A DNA stretch of 64,000 nt, taken from contig CP170459.1 in the NCBI GenBank assembly GCA_047947115.1, forward strand, positions 3,296,001 to 3,360,000. The letters run 5' to 3'. Below are positions 19,669-29,999 of the stretch, in pieces. Every line of letters begins with the position of its first letter. The stretch's first letter is position 1. A program made the translations under genes and the position numbers. The notes under the pieces are model-generated. The model saw only the letters and a list, made by a program, of their open reading frames with translations. It searched no databases and was not told the DNA's origin. This stretch comes from Verrucomicrobiota bacterium. GTDB lineage: Bacteria; Verrucomicrobiota; Verrucomicrobiia; Limisphaerales; AAA164-E04.

Positions 19669-20727
19669 ATGTCTACGGAAAAACCCACATCGGATTCTAT
19701 TGTGCCCGTTCCTGAGGAGTTGAAGTCTCAGGAACTGGATTCGCATGTCCTGGATGATGATGAAACCGGCACGGAGGCCTTTCGTGATGATACTGAGGAA
19801 TGCTATTCGGATGAAGATGAGATTGATCCGTTGGATGATTTCGAAGAAGCCTCTGTTCCTCGGGATGATTCAGCTGCCGAAAGCAGTGTTCCCACGCGTG
19901 AACGCTATGACGGGGATACGGCTTTCAAACTGTACCTGCGTGAAATCGGGCAGGTTGCCTTGTTGAAACCGGAAGAGGAGATCGAGTTGGCCGTCCGGAT
20001 CCAGCAGGGTGATGATGAGGCGCGTGACCAGATGATCAAAGCCAATCTTCGACTGGTGGTTAAAATTGCGCATGATTACGAAGGTCTGGGATTGCCCTTG
20101 CTTGACCTGATCAATGAGGGAAACATCGGCTTGATGAAGGCGGTGGAGCGTTTTGATCCTACGAAAGGAAGCAAGTTGTCCACCTACAGTGCATGGTGGA
20201 TCAAGCAATCGATCAAGCGTTCCCTGGCCAATCAGGCCAAGACCATCCGTTTGCCGGTGCATTTGGTGGACAAGATTTCCAAATTGAAACGCACGGCACT
20301 CAAGCTTCAGGAAGCCATGGGGCGTGAGCCCACTGATGAGGAGTTGGCAGAAGAACTTGAGATGGCCCCGGCCAAAGTCGCCCGATTGCGGCGTGCGGCT
20401 ATTCGGCCTGCTTCTCTGGACTCTCCCATTGGTGAAGATCACAGCACCTTTGCTGAAATCGTCAGTGATGAGAAGGCTGAAAATCCTTACAAACAGCTGG
20501 AGGATAAAACGGTCAATGACATGTTGTTTGATCTGATCAAATCATTGCCCCACCGTGAGGCCACTATTCTCGAATATCGATTTGGTCTGGATGGGGGACC
20601 GGAAAGGACACTGGAAGAAGTCGGCGAACATTTCGGTGTCACACGTGAACGTGTCCGGCAGATTCAAAATCTTGCACTCTCCAAACTGCGCAAGATGATC
20701 GAAAAGCTGGAATCAGTGAAGAAATAG
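19669..20727 (+). CDS. RNA polymerase sigma-70 factor, RpoD/RpoS family
   Basis: LYLREIG, ANLRLVVKIA, DLINEGNIGLMKAVERFDP, STYSAWWIKQSI, TIRLPVH, TLEEVG..FGVTRERVRQIQ; short acidic N-terminus. Confidence 0.95.
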   Translation: MSTEKPTSDSIVPVPEELKSQELDSHVLDDDETGTEAFRDDTEECYSDEDEIDPLDDFEEASVPRDDSAAESSVPTRERYDGDTAFKLYLREIGQVALLKPEEEIELAVRIQQGDDEARDQMIKANLRLVVKIAHDYEGLGLPLLDLINEGNIGLMKAVERFDPTKGSKLSTYSAWWIKQSIKRSLANQAKTIRLPVHLVDKISKLKRTALKLQEAMGREPTDEELAEELEMAPAKVARLRRAAIRPASLDSPIGEDHSTFAEIVSDEKAENPYKQLEDKTVNDMLFDLIKSLPHREATILEYRFGLDGGPERTLEEVGEHFGVTRERVRQIQNLALSKLRKMIEKLESVKK

Positions 20728-20741
20728 GGCGTTTTGCTTTT

Positions 20742-21272
20742 ATGGTGACCTCTACGGAAACATTGGCGGCGGCGGTCCGCAATATTCCTGACTTTCCAAA
20801 GCCCGGGATTCAGTTCAAGGACATCACCCCCATTCTGGCAAATCCAAAGCTTTTTGAGGCTGCCATCCATCATTTGACCGCACCTTATCAACCGGGAGAT
20901 GTGGACGTGATCGTGGGAGTGGACGCGCGCGGATTCATCTTTGCCGCGGCAGCAGCGCTTCATTTGAAAGCCGGGTTTGTTCCCGTTCGTAAGAAGGGAA
21001 AGCTTCCCTTTGACACACATGAGGAAAGCTATGACCTGGAGTATGGATCCAACACAGTGGCGATCCACACCGATGCCATTCACAAAGGCAGCAGGACATT
21101 GTTGATTGATGATTTGCTTGCAACCGGAGGGACGGCAGTAGCCGCGTTGAATTTGTTGAACAAGCTGGAAGCAAACATCCTTGAAGCTGCCTTTTTGATC
21201 GAGTTGGAATTTTTGAATGGTCGTTCGCTGCTGGGAAACGTCCCTGTTCGCTCCATCATTTCCTATTCCTAA
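20742..21272 (+). CDS. apt: Adenine phosphoribosyltransferase
   Basis: PDFPKPGIQFKDITP, ARGFIF, VRKKGKLP, YDLEYG, IDDLLATGGT. Confidence 0.97.
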   Translation: MVTSTETLAAAVRNIPDFPKPGIQFKDITPILANPKLFEAAIHHLTAPYQPGDVDVIVGVDARGFIFAAAAALHLKAGFVPVRKKGKLPFDTHEESYDLEYGSNTVAIHTDAIHKGSRTLLIDDLLATGGTAVAALNLLNKLEANILEAAFLIELEFLNGRSLLGNVPVRSIISYS

Positions 21273-21290
21273 TGTCTCGCCAACCATCCC

Positions 21291-22187
21291 GTGAAGGCTC
21301 TTCATTTTTCGGTTCATGATTATGACCTGAGGAAAACCTTGGAATCGGGCCAGACCTTTCATTGGGATCAGGTGTCTGCAAATAGTTGGGAGGGAATGAT
21401 AGCAGGACGTTGGGTTCGGTTATCGCAATTTCGACCTGATCGGATCACAGCACAAGGAGTTCATGGCATCGGTGAGGTAAAAGAAGAAATCGTTCAGTTT
21501 CTGCAATTGGATGTCGATATTCGTTCCGTTATCAAAGGTTTTCCTGATGATCCACTGATGAGAGCCGCCGTTCAGGCTCGTACTGGACTGAGATTGCTTC
21601 GGCAGGACCCTTGGGTTTGCCTTGCCTCTTTTCTATTGTCTTCCAATAAACGCATTCCCCAGATCATGGAAATTGTCCGACATTTATCGAAGCGGTTGGG
21701 GGCGCTTGTCGAGCATCCCGAATCCGGCTTGACTCTTCATGCGTTTCCAGGTCCCGAATCCATTGCTGCTAGTAGTGAAACATTGCTGAGAGAATGCAAG
21801 GCGGGCTACAGAGCCAAGTATTTATATCAGAGCGCTTCATTGATTGCTTCGGGGGCTTTTTGTTTGGATGCGGTTCATGATCTTGAGCTGGACGAAGCCC
21901 GGGCCAAACTGACGGAACTGCCCGGTGTGGGCAACAAAATCGCAGACTGCGTGTTGTTATTTGCCTATGGATTTTCAAGAGCATTTCCGGTAGATGTATG
22001 GGTGTATAGAGTTTTGAGTGACTATTATCTCAAAGGTAGGAAAACCTCGCCCCGGGCTCTTGGAATGTGGGTTCAAGACTATTTCGGGGAGCAGGCCGGA
22101 TTTGCGCAGCAGTACTTGTTTGATTATATCCGGCACCTGAAGCCCGTTGAGTGGAACGAATGGGTCACCTTGGGGCGGCCAGGGTGA
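21291..22187 (+). CDS. 8-oxoguanine DNA glycosylase (OGG1-like, HhH-GPD)
   Basis: TLESGQTFHW, GLRLLRQDPW.CL.SF..SSN, GYRAKY, LPGVGNKIADCV.LF, FPVDVW, AGFAQQYLF. Confidence 0.92.
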   Translation: MKALHFSVHDYDLRKTLESGQTFHWDQVSANSWEGMIAGRWVRLSQFRPDRITAQGVHGIGEVKEEIVQFLQLDVDIRSVIKGFPDDPLMRAAVQARTGLRLLRQDPWVCLASFLLSSNKRIPQIMEIVRHLSKRLGALVEHPESGLTLHAFPGPESIAASSETLLRECKAGYRAKYLYQSASLIASGAFCLDAVHDLELDEARAKLTELPGVGNKIADCVLLFAYGFSRAFPVDVWVYRVLSDYYLKGRKTSPRALGMWVQDYFGEQAGFAQQYLFDYIRHLKPVEWNEWVTLGRPG

Positions 22188-22214
22188 TTTCATTGGAACA
22201 AATCGTATATTTGT

Positions 22215-22556
22215 ATGGATCGAAGCATGCTTGTTTATAGCGGGCCGGGAGGGGGCACTGTTGGGGTGGTGATGCATGGGCCGCCCTGCAAGCCATCATT
22301 CGAACGCGCATTGCACGTGGCTCAAACAGCTTTGGAAGTCTCGTGCGAAGTTTATGTGTATTTGTTGGACGATGCAGTTGATGGGGTCATGCAGCCTTCG
22401 CTTCTCGCTTTGATTGCGAAAGGTGCAAAAGTTTCCGCTTGTGGTTATGCAATGGAAAAACGGGGCTTGGATTGCCCGGAAGACGTTTGTCCTGCGGGTT
22501 TGACGACTTTATCGGATATCCTTTTTTATTCGAACTGTGTTTCGGTTTACAACTAA
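22215..22556 (+). CDS. DsrE/TusD-like sulfur relay protein
   Basis: RAL.VA..AL....EVYVYLLDDAV, conserved ACGYAM.KRG cysteine, GL..LSD. Confidence 0.65.
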   Translation: MDRSMLVYSGPGGGTVGVVMHGPPCKPSFERALHVAQTALEVSCEVYVYLLDDAVDGVMQPSLLALIAKGAKVSACGYAMEKRGLDCPEDVCPAGLTTLSDILFYSNCVSVYN

Positions 22557-22577
22557 ACAATTCAACGGAACCGTGTC

Positions 22578-22946
22578 ATGCTTACAAAAGGAGTGATGGA
22601 CCAGGAAAAGACCAAATCGCTACTTCTGAAAATCTGCGGGAACCCGGCGACGGATCCAGGGGCCCGTGAAGGACTGAGATGTGCTCGGGGTTTTGCCGTT
22701 GACGGACGTTGGGAGGTTGCGGTCCAGTTGTGCGGGGAAGGGGCTAATTGCCTCCATGGGTGCACGGGGTTCGATCCTGAGGCTGATGTGGCTGCTTCTC
22801 TGGAGGAATTGGCTGCAAAGGCGCAAATAATCGTGGCTCTGGAAGATTCAAATCCCGGGAATTCTTTTCCTGAGTGGATACTGATAGTATCTTCCGATGA
22901 AATGGTGGAACGTGGTTTGTCTGCCGAGGTGGTGCTCGTTTTCTGA
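22578..22946 (+). CDS. DsrF/TusC-like (DsrE family) protein
   Basis: AREGLRCA.GFA, V.L.GEG..CL, ends with 'AEVVLVF', typical of the DsrE/F fold. Confidence 0.55.
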   Translation: MLTKGVMDQEKTKSLLLKICGNPATDPGAREGLRCARGFAVDGRWEVAVQLCGEGANCLHGCTGFDPEADVAASLEELAAKAQIIVALEDSNPGNSFPEWILIVSSDEMVERGLSAEVVLVF

Positions 22947-22983
22947 CCCATTATATGGACAAGGCGTTGTGCCCTACGCAGGA

Positions 22984-23691
22984 TTACCTTTGGTTGAGCA
23001 TTTCCTCCAGAGTTCCCTTGCTTCCGATCATCATGATTTTACCGTCTTTCACGGTAAGGTTGCGCAAATTACCAAATTGCTTTTTCACCTGTCCTGCAAA
23101 ACGGGCATCCTTCAGCAGGTCCACATTCTTCAATCGATTCAAGTATTCGTCCGGAATTTTCTTGTCACCGGCCATATCCAGCGACATCAAGTAGATGGCC
23201 AGTTCATTCCTGACCAATCTCAACTCCACAACGGCACTTGCATTGAAATACCGGTTCTGAATCATACCAACGTTCGGTATGTTGGGGAAAACCTCTTTTA
23301 CCATGCTGGCAGGAATACTGATGTCGGTTCTCACGGTGGTGTCCTCAATCTGAACATGCACTTTGTCTTTCAAGGCTGAAAAATCCGGGTCGGTTCGAAT
23401 CAAATGATTGAGCTGATCCGCATCGAGTTCCATGGGGTCGGTGGGGAGCTCCAAACTTTTCTGGACTTTGAAATTGGACCACTTTTCCTTCAGTGTTACT
23501 TCCTCCTCCGTGGATAACAAAGTTTCATTGAAAACGATGGGTTTTGAATCAGTGAAATCGTCCAGATAGGAATTGATCAGGAAGTATCCGCCGACAAGTG
23601 CGACCACCACAACCAGGACAAGTGCTGCAACTGCTCCGAGGCAACCCGTGAAGAAGCAACCGAATTTTGACTGTGATTTTTTTTCGCTCAT
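22984..23691 (-). CDS. Hypothetical single-pass membrane protein
   Basis: MSEKKSQSKFGCFFTGCLG plus a TM helix, then a soluble domain; start taken at ATG 23691. Confidence 0.75.
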   Translation of the reverse strand: MSEKKSQSKFGCFFTGCLGAVAALVLVVVVALVGGYFLINSYLDDFTDSKPIVFNETLLSTEEEVTLKEKWSNFKVQKSLELPTDPMELDADQLNHLIRTDPDFSALKDKVHVQIEDTTVRTDISIPASMVKEVFPNIPNVGMIQNRYFNASAVVELRLVRNELAIYLMSLDMAGDKKIPDEYLNRLKNVDLLKDARFAGQVKKQFGNLRNLTVKDGKIMMIGSKGTLEEMLNQR

Positions 23692-23811
23692 GGTTCTCCC
23701 GGTGGTTTGTTGTGGAATAGATGCAAATATGCGTATGTTTCCTCCTAATGGCAATGCTGTTTTATAATTATTATTTTAAAATAATTGATATCAGTGACTC
23801 CCGTTCACTTG

Positions 23812-25542
23812 TCATGGAGCGGTCTTTATCCAGTCCAACACACTGCTGACCGCCTCTTCCGCCTTCACTTTGAACATCTCGCCTTTTCTAGGTTTGATTT
23901 CAACTTCTCCTTCAGCCAGGGAGCGGTCTCCTATACCGATGCGGATAGGGAATCCTATCAGCTCTGAATCCTTGAATTTGACACCCGGTCGTTCATCTCG
24001 GTCGTCCAGAATCACGTCCACTCCCGCTTCCGTCAGTTGCTGGTAAATGGACTCTGCCGTTTTCATGACGGGACTGTCCGGTTTGTTGCCCAGTGGCGTG
24101 ATGCATACCACGTAAGGGGCGACTGATACAGGCCAGGCGATGCCTTGTTCGTCGTGACATTGTTCAATCACGGCCTGGAGAGTGCGTGTCACACCGATTC
24201 CGTAACATCCCATCACGCAAGGATTTGATTTGCCGGATTCGTCCAGGAACATGGCGTTCATGGCTTCACTGTATTTGGTGCCCAGCTTGAAAACATGTCC
24301 CACTTCGATGGCCGTCTGGATTTTTAAAGGTTTGCCGGTCACCGGGCAGGGTTCGCCTTCCTGGACGGTGCGGAGGTCGACAAAGGATTTGACGTTGATA
24401 TCACGTTCCACGCAAACATTCCGCAAGTGAAACCCATTTTCGTTGGCACCTGTGGTCAAATCATAACCGCCTTCCAAAAATGAATCTGCATATACGGGGA
24501 TATCTTTGACTCCGACAGCTCCCAAGCTTCCTGGGTGCGCACCAAGCACGCGGTGGATTTCCTCCGCTTCGGCGGGCCGCAATTGCATTGTTCCCAGGAA
24601 GCCCGCCATCTTGGATTCATTCAACTGGTCACTACCGAGAAGCAGCAGGATGACCGGTTTTTCATTGATCATGTACACCAGGGTTTTGATCTGGCGATGG
24701 GCGGGGACATTGTATGGATCCTTGGTCAATGCTTCGATGGTTTTGACCCCGGGGGTTTCGAATTTCTCGGGAGCTGGCAACTGACTCAGGTCCGGATTGG
24801 GCATCTCCGCGAGTGGGCTTTTCAACGCACTCGTGGCCTTTTCGACGTTGGCCGCGTATTCGCCCGTCTCCACGTAAACAACATCATTTTCTCCCACTTC
24901 AGCCGGAACCATGAATTCGTGCGAGTATTTTCCGCCGATAACACCTGTATCCGCCTCAACCGGAAGCGCTTTGAGGCCGCAGCGTTCAAAAATGCGCACA
25001 TATGCGTCAAACATCCCCTGGTAGCTTGCCTGGGATGACTCGTCGGATACGTCGAAACTGTAGGCATCTTTCATGATGAATTCGCGAGCCCGCATGAGTC
25101 CGAATCTGGGGCGAATCTCATCTCTGAATTTGGTTTGGATCTGGTAAAAATTCTTGGGTAATTGACGGTAGGAACTCACCTCAGACGCCGCCAGGGTGGT
25201 GACGACTTCTTCGTGGGTGGGGCCCAACACCCATTCACGATTGGCTCGATCCTTGGCCTTGAACAAAACGTCGCTGGCCGTTTCATATCGACCGCTCTCC
25301 TTCCATATTTCCGGTGGTTGGAGGGCTGGCATGAGGATTTCCAACGCGCCGGCCCGATCCATTTCTTCGCGAATGATGCGGGAAATTTTTTGCAGGGACC
25401 GTAATCCCATCGGCAGGAAGGAGTAAAGGCCGCCCGCCAGTTTTCGGATGAGTCCAGCCCTGAGCAACAGTTTGTGAGAAGCGATTTCAGCTTCGGCTGG
25501 AGTTTCTTTGAGTGTGGGTACAAACGCTTGAGACCAACGCAT
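23812..25542 (-). CDS. proS: Proline--tRNA ligase
   Basis: PTLKETPAEAEIASH, LGPTHEE, QIQTKFRDEIRPRFGLMRAREFIMKDAYSF, editing insertion, IEVGHVFKLGTKYS, MGCYGIG, DDRDERPGVKFKD. Confidence 0.98.
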   Translation of the reverse strand: MRWSQAFVPTLKETPAEAEIASHKLLLRAGLIRKLAGGLYSFLPMGLRSLQKISRIIREEMDRAGALEILMPALQPPEIWKESGRYETASDVLFKAKDRANREWVLGPTHEEVVTTLAASEVSSYRQLPKNFYQIQTKFRDEIRPRFGLMRAREFIMKDAYSFDVSDESSQASYQGMFDAYVRIFERCGLKALPVEADTGVIGGKYSHEFMVPAEVGENDVVYVETGEYAANVEKATSALKSPLAEMPNPDLSQLPAPEKFETPGVKTIEALTKDPYNVPAHRQIKTLVYMINEKPVILLLLGSDQLNESKMAGFLGTMQLRPAEAEEIHRVLGAHPGSLGAVGVKDIPVYADSFLEGGYDLTTGANENGFHLRNVCVERDINVKSFVDLRTVQEGEPCPVTGKPLKIQTAIEVGHVFKLGTKYSEAMNAMFLDESGKSNPCVMGCYGIGVTRTLQAVIEQCHDEQGIAWPVSVAPYVVCITPLGNKPDSPVMKTAESIYQQLTEAGVDVILDDRDERPGVKFKDSELIGFPIRIGIGDRSLAEGEVEIKPRKGEMFKVKAEEAVSSVLDWIKTAP

Positions 25543-25581
25543 AAGTGTGTCGTTTAAAAAAATGATGGGCAGGTTCAGCCC

Positions 25582-26337
25582 TTATTTGACGGTGTTGACC
25601 AAGGGGGCCATGCCTTGAATCCGCACTTCCAGTTTGTCGCCCGATTCGATAGGGCCTACGCCACTGGGGGTGCCGGTCAGGATGACGTCTCCTGGCAGAA
25701 GAGTGATGTTGGTAGAGATGAAGCTCACCAGCTCGAAACAATTGAAGATCAATTGCCCGGTCAGTGAATTTTGCCTCAATTGGCCGTTTTGAAACAATTG
25801 AATGGTGAGCTTGTGTGGGTCGATTTTGGTTTCTACATAGGGCCCGAGTGGGGTGAAGGTGTCAAATGATTTGGCGCGAGCCCATTGGCTTTCGGAATTC
25901 TGGATGGTGCGATCACTGATATCCTGCGCCGATGTGTAGCCAAATATGTAACGCGCAGCGGCGTTGGGAGTCACATTACGTACTCGGCGACCAATAACGA
26001 CAGCCAACTCCGCCTCGTAATCCACCCGATGATCCTGAAAGGGAATTTCTATTTTACCGCCATCCGGAATGAGGGACGTCGGGGCTTTTAACCAGAATAA
26101 CGGGGTCTTGGGCAATGGTTTGCCTGATTCCCTGGCATGATCTGCGTAGTTTAATCCAACCGCAATCACCTTGGAAGGGGCCACCGGGGTTAGCGTTTTG
26201 ATGCCCTTTGGGTTGGTGGCACGTTTTTGGAATGAAGGAGAGCCGAAGACATCGCCCTTCAGCTTGTAAAGTTCGCCATCAACTACTTTTGCATAGAAAA
26301 TGTCGTCACCCTTCTGGAATCTTCCGATTGCTGCCAT
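25582..26337 (-). CDS. Fumarylacetoacetate hydrolase family protein
   Basis: KVIAVGLNYADHA, DYEAELAVVIG, D.SDR, AKSFDTFTPLGP, TLLPGDVILTGTPSGVG. Confidence 0.93.
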   Translation of the reverse strand: MAAIGRFQKGDDIFYAKVVDGELYKLKGDVFGSPSFQKRATNPKGIKTLTPVAPSKVIAVGLNYADHARESGKPLPKTPLFWLKAPTSLIPDGGKIEIPFQDHRVDYEAELAVVIGRRVRNVTPNAAARYIFGYTSAQDISDRTIQNSESQWARAKSFDTFTPLGPYVETKIDPHKLTIQLFQNGQLRQNSLTGQLIFNCFELVSFISTNITLLPGDVILTGTPSGVGPIESGDKLEVRIQGMAPLVNTVK

Positions 26338-26625
26338 AAAGCCTGAAGACGTGATCCTAAATGGAATCCCGATCAGACCGCAAGACGAAAGTCTAAATCC
26401 ATCAACAGATCAATGAGTTTTGACGTCAACCCGCATCCTTTTTTGGAAAAATAAACTCATTTTGAAAAATTTTTTACATTCATGTGTCCCCTGGAAACGT
26501 CCATCCTCGCAATGAAGGTCAAAGTCTGAAACGGATTGGATCGTCTGAAACAAATCAAAGAGTTGATTTTGATCGCCAAAGACAGACATTGAGTGAGACA
26601 TTAACCATCAAGTAAAGCGAACATC

Positions 26626-28902
26626 ATGAAAACGTTGATGCATGCCATGCGAGCCCCGATATTTGTCGGTCTGTTGATTATTCCGACGCTGGCCGGGTGC
26701 CAAACCAGAACGCAGCGCAGTGTTGTCCATCATCATTCCACACAACCATATGTGGTGCGTGAGGTGACGACCACGACCACCAAAAAGTCCGTGCCGGTTG
26801 ACCCTGCGCCCGTTACGAAGCCTGCCGTTGTGACGGAGTCTTCCGCTTTTTCTACTCCGGAGCCTGTCAAACTGACGCCGGCGGCCAACGATGTTGTTAA
26901 ATTATATGAATCGATGGTGAGTGAGGATGTGTTGATATCATTTGCCGAACATTCTCATTATCCGTTCAAACTGACCGCTGATCAAATTGTTTACATGCAG
27001 GATATTGGGGTAAGTGATGCGGTTTTGAACGCCATGATTGAACGGGATGCCTTATTGACCGGGCAACCGGCGCCGCAGATGCTGGTTCAAAACGATGACG
27101 TTGCTCAGGAAATGCAGGTGGCCGCCGCAGCATCAGAAGTTCAGGCCCCGGTATATGCGGGTAATCCGCCGCCTGCCACCGAACCTGTTCCCCAGACAAC
27201 CGTAACCGAAACGCGCGTGGTGACCCGGGAATACTTCCATGATCAACTTGCACCCTACGGAAGTTGGGTGCATGTGGACAATTACGGCTGGTGCTGGCGT
27301 CCGACGGTTGCCGTGACGAATATGCACTGGCAACCATACAGTGACAACGGGCGATGGGTTTACACCGACAATGGCTGGTACTGGCATTCTTACTACAGCT
27401 GGGGTTGGGCTCCTTTCCATTATGGTCGTTGGTCTCGTCATGGGAATTATGGATGGGTTTGGGTTCCGGACACGGTTTGGGGTCCCTCCTGGGTCACCTG
27501 GCGCTATTCCGATGCCTACTGCGGATGGGCGCCTTTGCCTCCGGCTGCCGTTTATCGTTCCGGATTTGGTTTCACTTACCACGGTAAAAACGTCTCCGTC
27601 GGATTCGGATTCGGCCTGACTTATGATCATTTCCATTTTGTTTCCCGCCGCAATTTCACGCATCATCACGTGGGACACCATCGACTGGGCAGGGATCAGG
27701 CAAGAAGTATCTACAATAGAACCACCATCGTGAATAATTACAATATCACCAACAACAACGTCGTGGTGAACAATGGGATCAGTCCGGAACGTATCGCGAC
27801 CGGAACCAGCCAGGAAATCAAACGGGTACCCCTGCAGGATGTTGATTCGGTGGAGGGTGTCAAACTGGCCAGTGGTGATGCCAGACAGCCCCGTTCGCTG
27901 CCTGTTTATCGTCCCAAATTGCCCGAACAATCCAGGGATGTGCCTCAAAGAATCCTGAGCAAGCAACAAAGCCGCCCGGCTTTGACCCGCCCCAATCGAG
28001 GTTCGGAAAACATTGCGTTGGCTCGAAGCGAGGAAAGCGCATCCAGACTGCAGACCTCATCTGCCAATACACAACGTCCAGGCACAAGCAGGTCCACCCG
28101 TACGTCAGGGAATCGATCCGGTGAAGCGAATTTGAAACGACCATCCGCTTCCAATTCATCGAGCGCCCAGGTGCGATCCAGTTCCCGTCCCGGACGGACG
28201 ACTGAGAGCAGTTCTCTATCGGCCAGGCCTTCGACGTCAAACCAGTCTCGATCCGTGACCGGCAGCGCCTCTGCTGCCAGACCGTCAACAACGAACAGTT
28301 CCCGTTCCGTTAGCAGCAATTCGAATCGAAACGAGCCGCGACGCCCGACTTATGCTCAACCGTCCGCTTCGACGAGGTCCAACACACGGTCACGAGATTC
28401 GATCTCCTACACACCGCGTCCCCGGACATCCTCCAGCAGAGTGAGCTCAAGTCCCAGGACCGTTTCTCCGAATACAATCAATCGACCCGACATCCAGAGT
28501 CAAACCAGTTCAAATATCAGGAGTCGTACCCCGGAGTCATCTGTGACCACCAGTCGTCCATCCATGAACACACGCAGCCGGCAAATGCCATCGACCACCT
28601 CAAGACCGACCTATTCGGTGCCCAGCACCAGGAACATGGCACCGCGTTCAACCCCGCAAGTGCGTAGTCGAAGCATTCCCGCTCCGCGCTCAACGCCATC
28701 TCGGAGTGTGACGCGTCCGGCTCCTCCGACCCGGAGCAGTTCAGGATCAGTCAGCCAAAGTCCCTCGTCGACGCCTTCGCGTTCGGTGCCGAGCTTCAGG
28801 TCTTCCGCTCCGGCCACGCGGAGTCAGTCTTCGAGTTCAAGTTCCGGATCCAGTTCCAGCTCTAGCTCCGGATCCAGTCGCCCAAGTCGTCCAGGACGTT
28901 GA
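26626..28902 (+). CDS. Lipoprotein with a Trp/Gly-rich DUF6600-like domain and a long Ser/Arg/Pro-rich tail
   Basis: LAGC lipobox; L.PYG.WV...YGWCWRP, WQPY..GRWVYTD.GWYW.S.YSWGWAPFHYGRW, WGPSWV.WR, GWAPLPP; about 300 aa of low-complexity C-terminus. Confidence 0.8.
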   Translation: MKTLMHAMRAPIFVGLLIIPTLAGCQTRTQRSVVHHHSTQPYVVREVTTTTTKKSVPVDPAPVTKPAVVTESSAFSTPEPVKLTPAANDVVKLYESMVSEDVLISFAEHSHYPFKLTADQIVYMQDIGVSDAVLNAMIERDALLTGQPAPQMLVQNDDVAQEMQVAAAASEVQAPVYAGNPPPATEPVPQTTVTETRVVTREYFHDQLAPYGSWVHVDNYGWCWRPTVAVTNMHWQPYSDNGRWVYTDNGWYWHSYYSWGWAPFHYGRWSRHGNYGWVWVPDTVWGPSWVTWRYSDAYCGWAPLPPAAVYRSGFGFTYHGKNVSVGFGFGLTYDHFHFVSRRNFTHHHVGHHRLGRDQARSIYNRTTIVNNYNITNNNVVVNNGISPERIATGTSQEIKRVPLQDVDSVEGVKLASGDARQPRSLPVYRPKLPEQSRDVPQRILSKQQSRPALTRPNRGSENIALARSEESASRLQTSSANTQRPGTSRSTRTSGNRSGEANLKRPSASNSSSAQVRSSSRPGRTTESSSLSARPSTSNQSRSVTGSASAARPSTTNSSRSVSSNSNRNEPRRPTYAQPSASTRSNTRSRDSISYTPRPRTSSSRVSSSPRTVSPNTINRPDIQSQTSSNIRSRTPESSVTTSRPSMNTRSRQMPSTTSRPTYSVPSTRNMAPRSTPQVRSRSIPAPRSTPSRSVTRPAPPTRSSSGSVSQSPSSTPSRSVPSFRSSAPATRSQSSSSSSGSSSSSSSGSSRPSRPGR

Positions 28903-28923
28903 ACATCTAAGAAGGGGACCGTT

Positions 28924-29922
28924 ATGCTCGAAAAAAGGAAATGGGTGGCTCTGTTGGGATGCCTTGCAACGATTGGTCACATGCAGGCCCAGACCGATAC
29001 GAAGACGGCAAAGTTGATATACGAAACTCATTTTGAGGAGGATGAGGGTTATTCGTTCGATGTCGACCTGATCGGGCAGAACGGCTGGATTGGATTCGGT
29101 GGTGGGGATTCGTTCCTAGAGCAGTCCAATGACGGTTCCACCGGGTTGGTGACCGATTTCCTGGAAGGGCAGGGACAGCAGGCGTATATCGGGTTTGTGA
29201 AACCAGAGCATGAAACGGACATCGAGTTCCTGAGTTTGCTGCAACCACTCGATTATGCTCCGGCTGACGGAAGCGGAGACATCCTTCGATTCACAGTGAG
29301 CATGGGGATCATCGATTCCACTAACGGTGAACGAGATAATTTCCGATGGAGTGTTTACAACACGGAAGGATTTCGTTTGTTTTCGCTGGATTTTGACAAT
29401 GAAACAAAAGTCATCTCCTATGCGCTGGACGATGCGGAGCCCTTGCAACCAACAGGGTTTGAGTTTGATAATGACACTTTCTATCGGATTCGATTGGATA
29501 TCGATTTTGAAAACAACAAATGGTCGGCTTACGCCGGAGAAGTGGTGTTGGTAAAGGATTTGCCGGTCAGTACCCAGAATCTAAAGCGTGATCTGAGCGA
29601 TATAGATGCCGTATGGGCCATCTTCAATCCGGAAGCGCCGGGCGACAATTACATGGTCTTTGACAACTATCGCATCGAAACCTGGGGTGATCCGCCTGCG
29701 CCACCGTCACTGCGTCCATTGGGACGGCTTCCCAATGGAGATTTCGTGATTCGAATTGAAGGCCCTGCGGGAGGACAATATCAGGTGGAAGCTACTACAG
29801 ACTTTCGACAGTGGGTTGTGGTTCAAGACAAATTGGAACTGAATCAAACTGGTAAACTGGATTGGGTGGACGATTCCGCGTCCGCCGATACGGCCCGGTT
29901 TTATCGTCTCAAGAGCCTTTGA
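28924..29922 (+). CDS. Secreted protein with a lectin-like beta-sandwich and a C-terminal 'RFYRL' domain
   Basis: Signal peptide; FE..EGY...LIGQNGW; YMVFDNY; C-terminus G.FVIRIEG..G..YQVEATTDF.QW......RFYRL. Confidence 0.75.
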   Translation: MLEKRKWVALLGCLATIGHMQAQTDTKTAKLIYETHFEEDEGYSFDVDLIGQNGWIGFGGGDSFLEQSNDGSTGLVTDFLEGQGQQAYIGFVKPEHETDIEFLSLLQPLDYAPADGSGDILRFTVSMGIIDSTNGERDNFRWSVYNTEGFRLFSLDFDNETKVISYALDDAEPLQPTGFEFDNDTFYRIRLDIDFENNKWSAYAGEVVLVKDLPVSTQNLKRDLSDIDAVWAIFNPEAPGDNYMVFDNYRIETWGDPPAPPSLRPLGRLPNGDFVIRIEGPAGGQYQVEATTDFRQWVVVQDKLELNQTGKLDWVDDSASADTARFYRLKSL

Positions 29923-29999
29923 TTGCTTGTGGATCTGGTTTTAGGCCACAGCGCCTGCAGACTGGAGTGATTTCGAGGATGGAAGCAGACAAAAGGCAA

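Noticed and set aside
26552..26572. AAATCAA-AGAG-TTGATTT palindrome as an FNR box
   Set aside because: The half-sites are in the reverse order of TTGAT-N4-ATCAA; single occurrence, cannot be assigned
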